Positions 62,469 to 64,000 of a stretch of 64,000 bases of DNA are shown piece after piece. The stretch is taken from contig OY761611.1 of the NCBI GenBank assembly GCA_963664875.1, positions 2,016,001 through 2,080,000 of the forward strand, written 5' to 3'. How positions within the stretch are numbered: the stretch's first letter is position 1; each line of letters opens with the position of its first letter. The notes below the pieces were generated by a model. It saw only the letters and a list, made by a program, of their open reading frames with translations. It was not told the origin of the DNA and ran no database searches. The translations under genes were made by a program, and so were the position numbers. Origin of the DNA: Candidatus Kapaibacterium sp. (GTDB lineage Bacteria; Bacteroidota; Ignavibacteria; Kapaibacteriales; UBA2268).

Positions 62469-63660
62469 CAGGGATGATTTGTTCTTTGTAAATATCATAT
62501 AATATAGTAAATTATAGAAAGCCAAACACAAACTTTTCTAATCTGGGGGGATTTATGGAAAAGCAAACGTTAGTAAATTATCTTGATAAGTTGACAGATA
62601 AGCGTCGCAGGGAAGGCACACGCCATAATCAATCATTTGTATTATTGCTGGTTTTGATGGCGACTATGAGCGGACAATATGGCTATCGTGGCATAGAAAG
62701 ATTTATAAAGAAGAATGCCGAAGACATACTGAAATATTTAAAGCCTCATAAAGATAGATTACCAACTTACGCAACAATTTTTAGAGTGGTAAATAATATA
62801 GATTTTGATGAATTTGCACAGATTTTTAAAGAGTGGTCAAAAGTTTATGCAAAGCCTCAAAGCGGTGAAATAATCAGTATAGATGGCAAAGCTTTGAAAG
62901 GCACATTAGTAGAATACAATTCGAAATACCAGAACTTTATAAGCATTGTTTCTGCACATTCTCAATCAAGTAAAATGTCACTAAGTATAAGCAAATATGA
63001 GAATAAAAAATCAAGCGAGATAAGCGTAGTTGAAGAAATGATTAGAGATTTAGAACTGACTGGCGTAGTCTTTACAATGGATGCTTTACACTGTCAAAAA
63101 AACTCTAAGAACAATTGTTAGTACTAACAACAACTATATTATTTGCGTAAAAAAGAATCAAGGTCGTTTGTACAAAGAACTGGAGAGTTTGAGTTCGAGC
63201 TGGTCAACAAAGATCGATTATTATAAAACCGAAGAAACTAATAGAGACAGACGAGAAACTCGTAAAGTATATGTATATTCATTAAACGATAAAATTAAGA
63301 ACGAGTGGTCCGGATCACAGCAATTAGTAAAGGTACAAAGGATTAGAAAAACAAAACAAATGCAGGAAGTTCATGTACATTATTATTTGAGCAGTCAAGA
63401 AAAACCAGCAAAGTATTATATGCAGAGCATACGAGGACATTGGGGCATTGAAAACCAGCTACATTGGGTAAAGGATGTGGTAATGAAAGAAGATGCTTGG
63501 AAAGTGAGAAATACACAAGCAGCTTCAGTCATGAGTATAATAAAGTCAATTTGTATCAATATTTTTAGGTCAAAGAAGCGTATTGATTGTACCAACTTTT
63601 TCTATGAGACTGCCGACAATGTAGAACTATTGGTGACTTTGTTAGAATGAATCAACCCTG
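62469..63660 (+). mobile_element. ISAs1-family insertion sequence (1192 bp)
   Basis: TIRs CAGGGATGATTTGTTC / GAATGAATCAACCCTG; 10-bp flanks CCTCAAGAGG and CCTCTTGAGG; splits a REP-doublet copy. Confidence 0.92.
62555..63650 (+). CDS. ISAs1 transposase split into two ORFs (62555-63121, 63081-63650) at an A7 run
   Basis: LTDKRR, SIDGKALKG, KSSEI, TMDALHCQK | VKKNQ, IRGHWGIENQLHWVKDVVMKED. Confidence 0.9.
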
Positions 63661-63839
63661 CCTCTTGAGGGGTGCGTGAGCGAAGCGAGGGCGGGGTGGA
63701 TAAAACCTAATATAAATCACTTCCCCCGAAAAAAATATCGCTAAATTTATCTATGTAAATTACATTTTCCTATATTGAAACAGTTGTGCTTCGAGAGATT
63801 CCACCCCGGCACTACGTGCCACCCCTCAACGAGGGGAAT
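63661..63839. mobile_element. REP-doublet element, copy 2 (remainder at 62454-62468), inverted relative to 40525-40708
   Basis: Reverse complement aligns to 40525-40700 with a few substitutions. Confidence 0.82.
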
Positions 63840-63843
63840 TTTC

Positions 63844-63936
63844 TTTTATGCGTGGCAGACTATAGTTTTCTCTATATTTATAATCTGCAAAAGTTAGACG
63901 CACATTGCCAAGGTGGTCAGTAAGCTCGTATTGCTT
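63844..63936 (-). pseudogene. Rhs-core stub A2
   Basis: KQYELTDHLGNVRLTFADYKYRENYSLPR, joined directly to the REP-doublet arm. Confidence 0.85.
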
Positions 63937-64000
63937 CAACTATATGTGCAGAGCTTTTTTACCCTGCACATATTTTCCATCGAAATTTGGAAATAAATTT

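Overview
A 64-kb AT-rich bacterial window. Lineage is inferred as FCB group (Ignavibacteria/Ca. Kapabacteria-like) from T9SS-type C-terminal domains, TAnnTTTG promoter boxes, and a flagellin with a perfect sigma-28 promoter. Housekeeping genes include gatB, mltG, guaB, aspS, aat, a transaldolase, an ArcE/COG2403 protein, transporters and glycosyltransferases. Accessory features: (1) a TPR-LuxR regulator followed by three tandem IPTL-CTERM surface proteins, each preceded by an identical 22-bp box. (2) Two dispersed, oppositely oriented Rhs-tip loci (40.3-41.9 kb and 60.2-63.9 kb) with the same layout: Rhs-core stub, REP-doublet, linker, Rhs-core stub, toxin tip, immunity gene, Rhs-core stub. 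A third decayed Rhs remnant lies at 30 kb. There is no full-length rhs gene in the window. (3) An ISAs1 element inserted into the REP-doublet hairpin, whose two 10-bp flanks are reverse complements of each other. (4) A ~595-bp non-coding element present twice, each followed by a variable segment bounded by inverted repeats. (5) Single genes bracketed by 24-40 bp direct repeats. No rRNA, tRNA or CRISPR array was seen. All calls come from motif reading by eye; no database searches were run.
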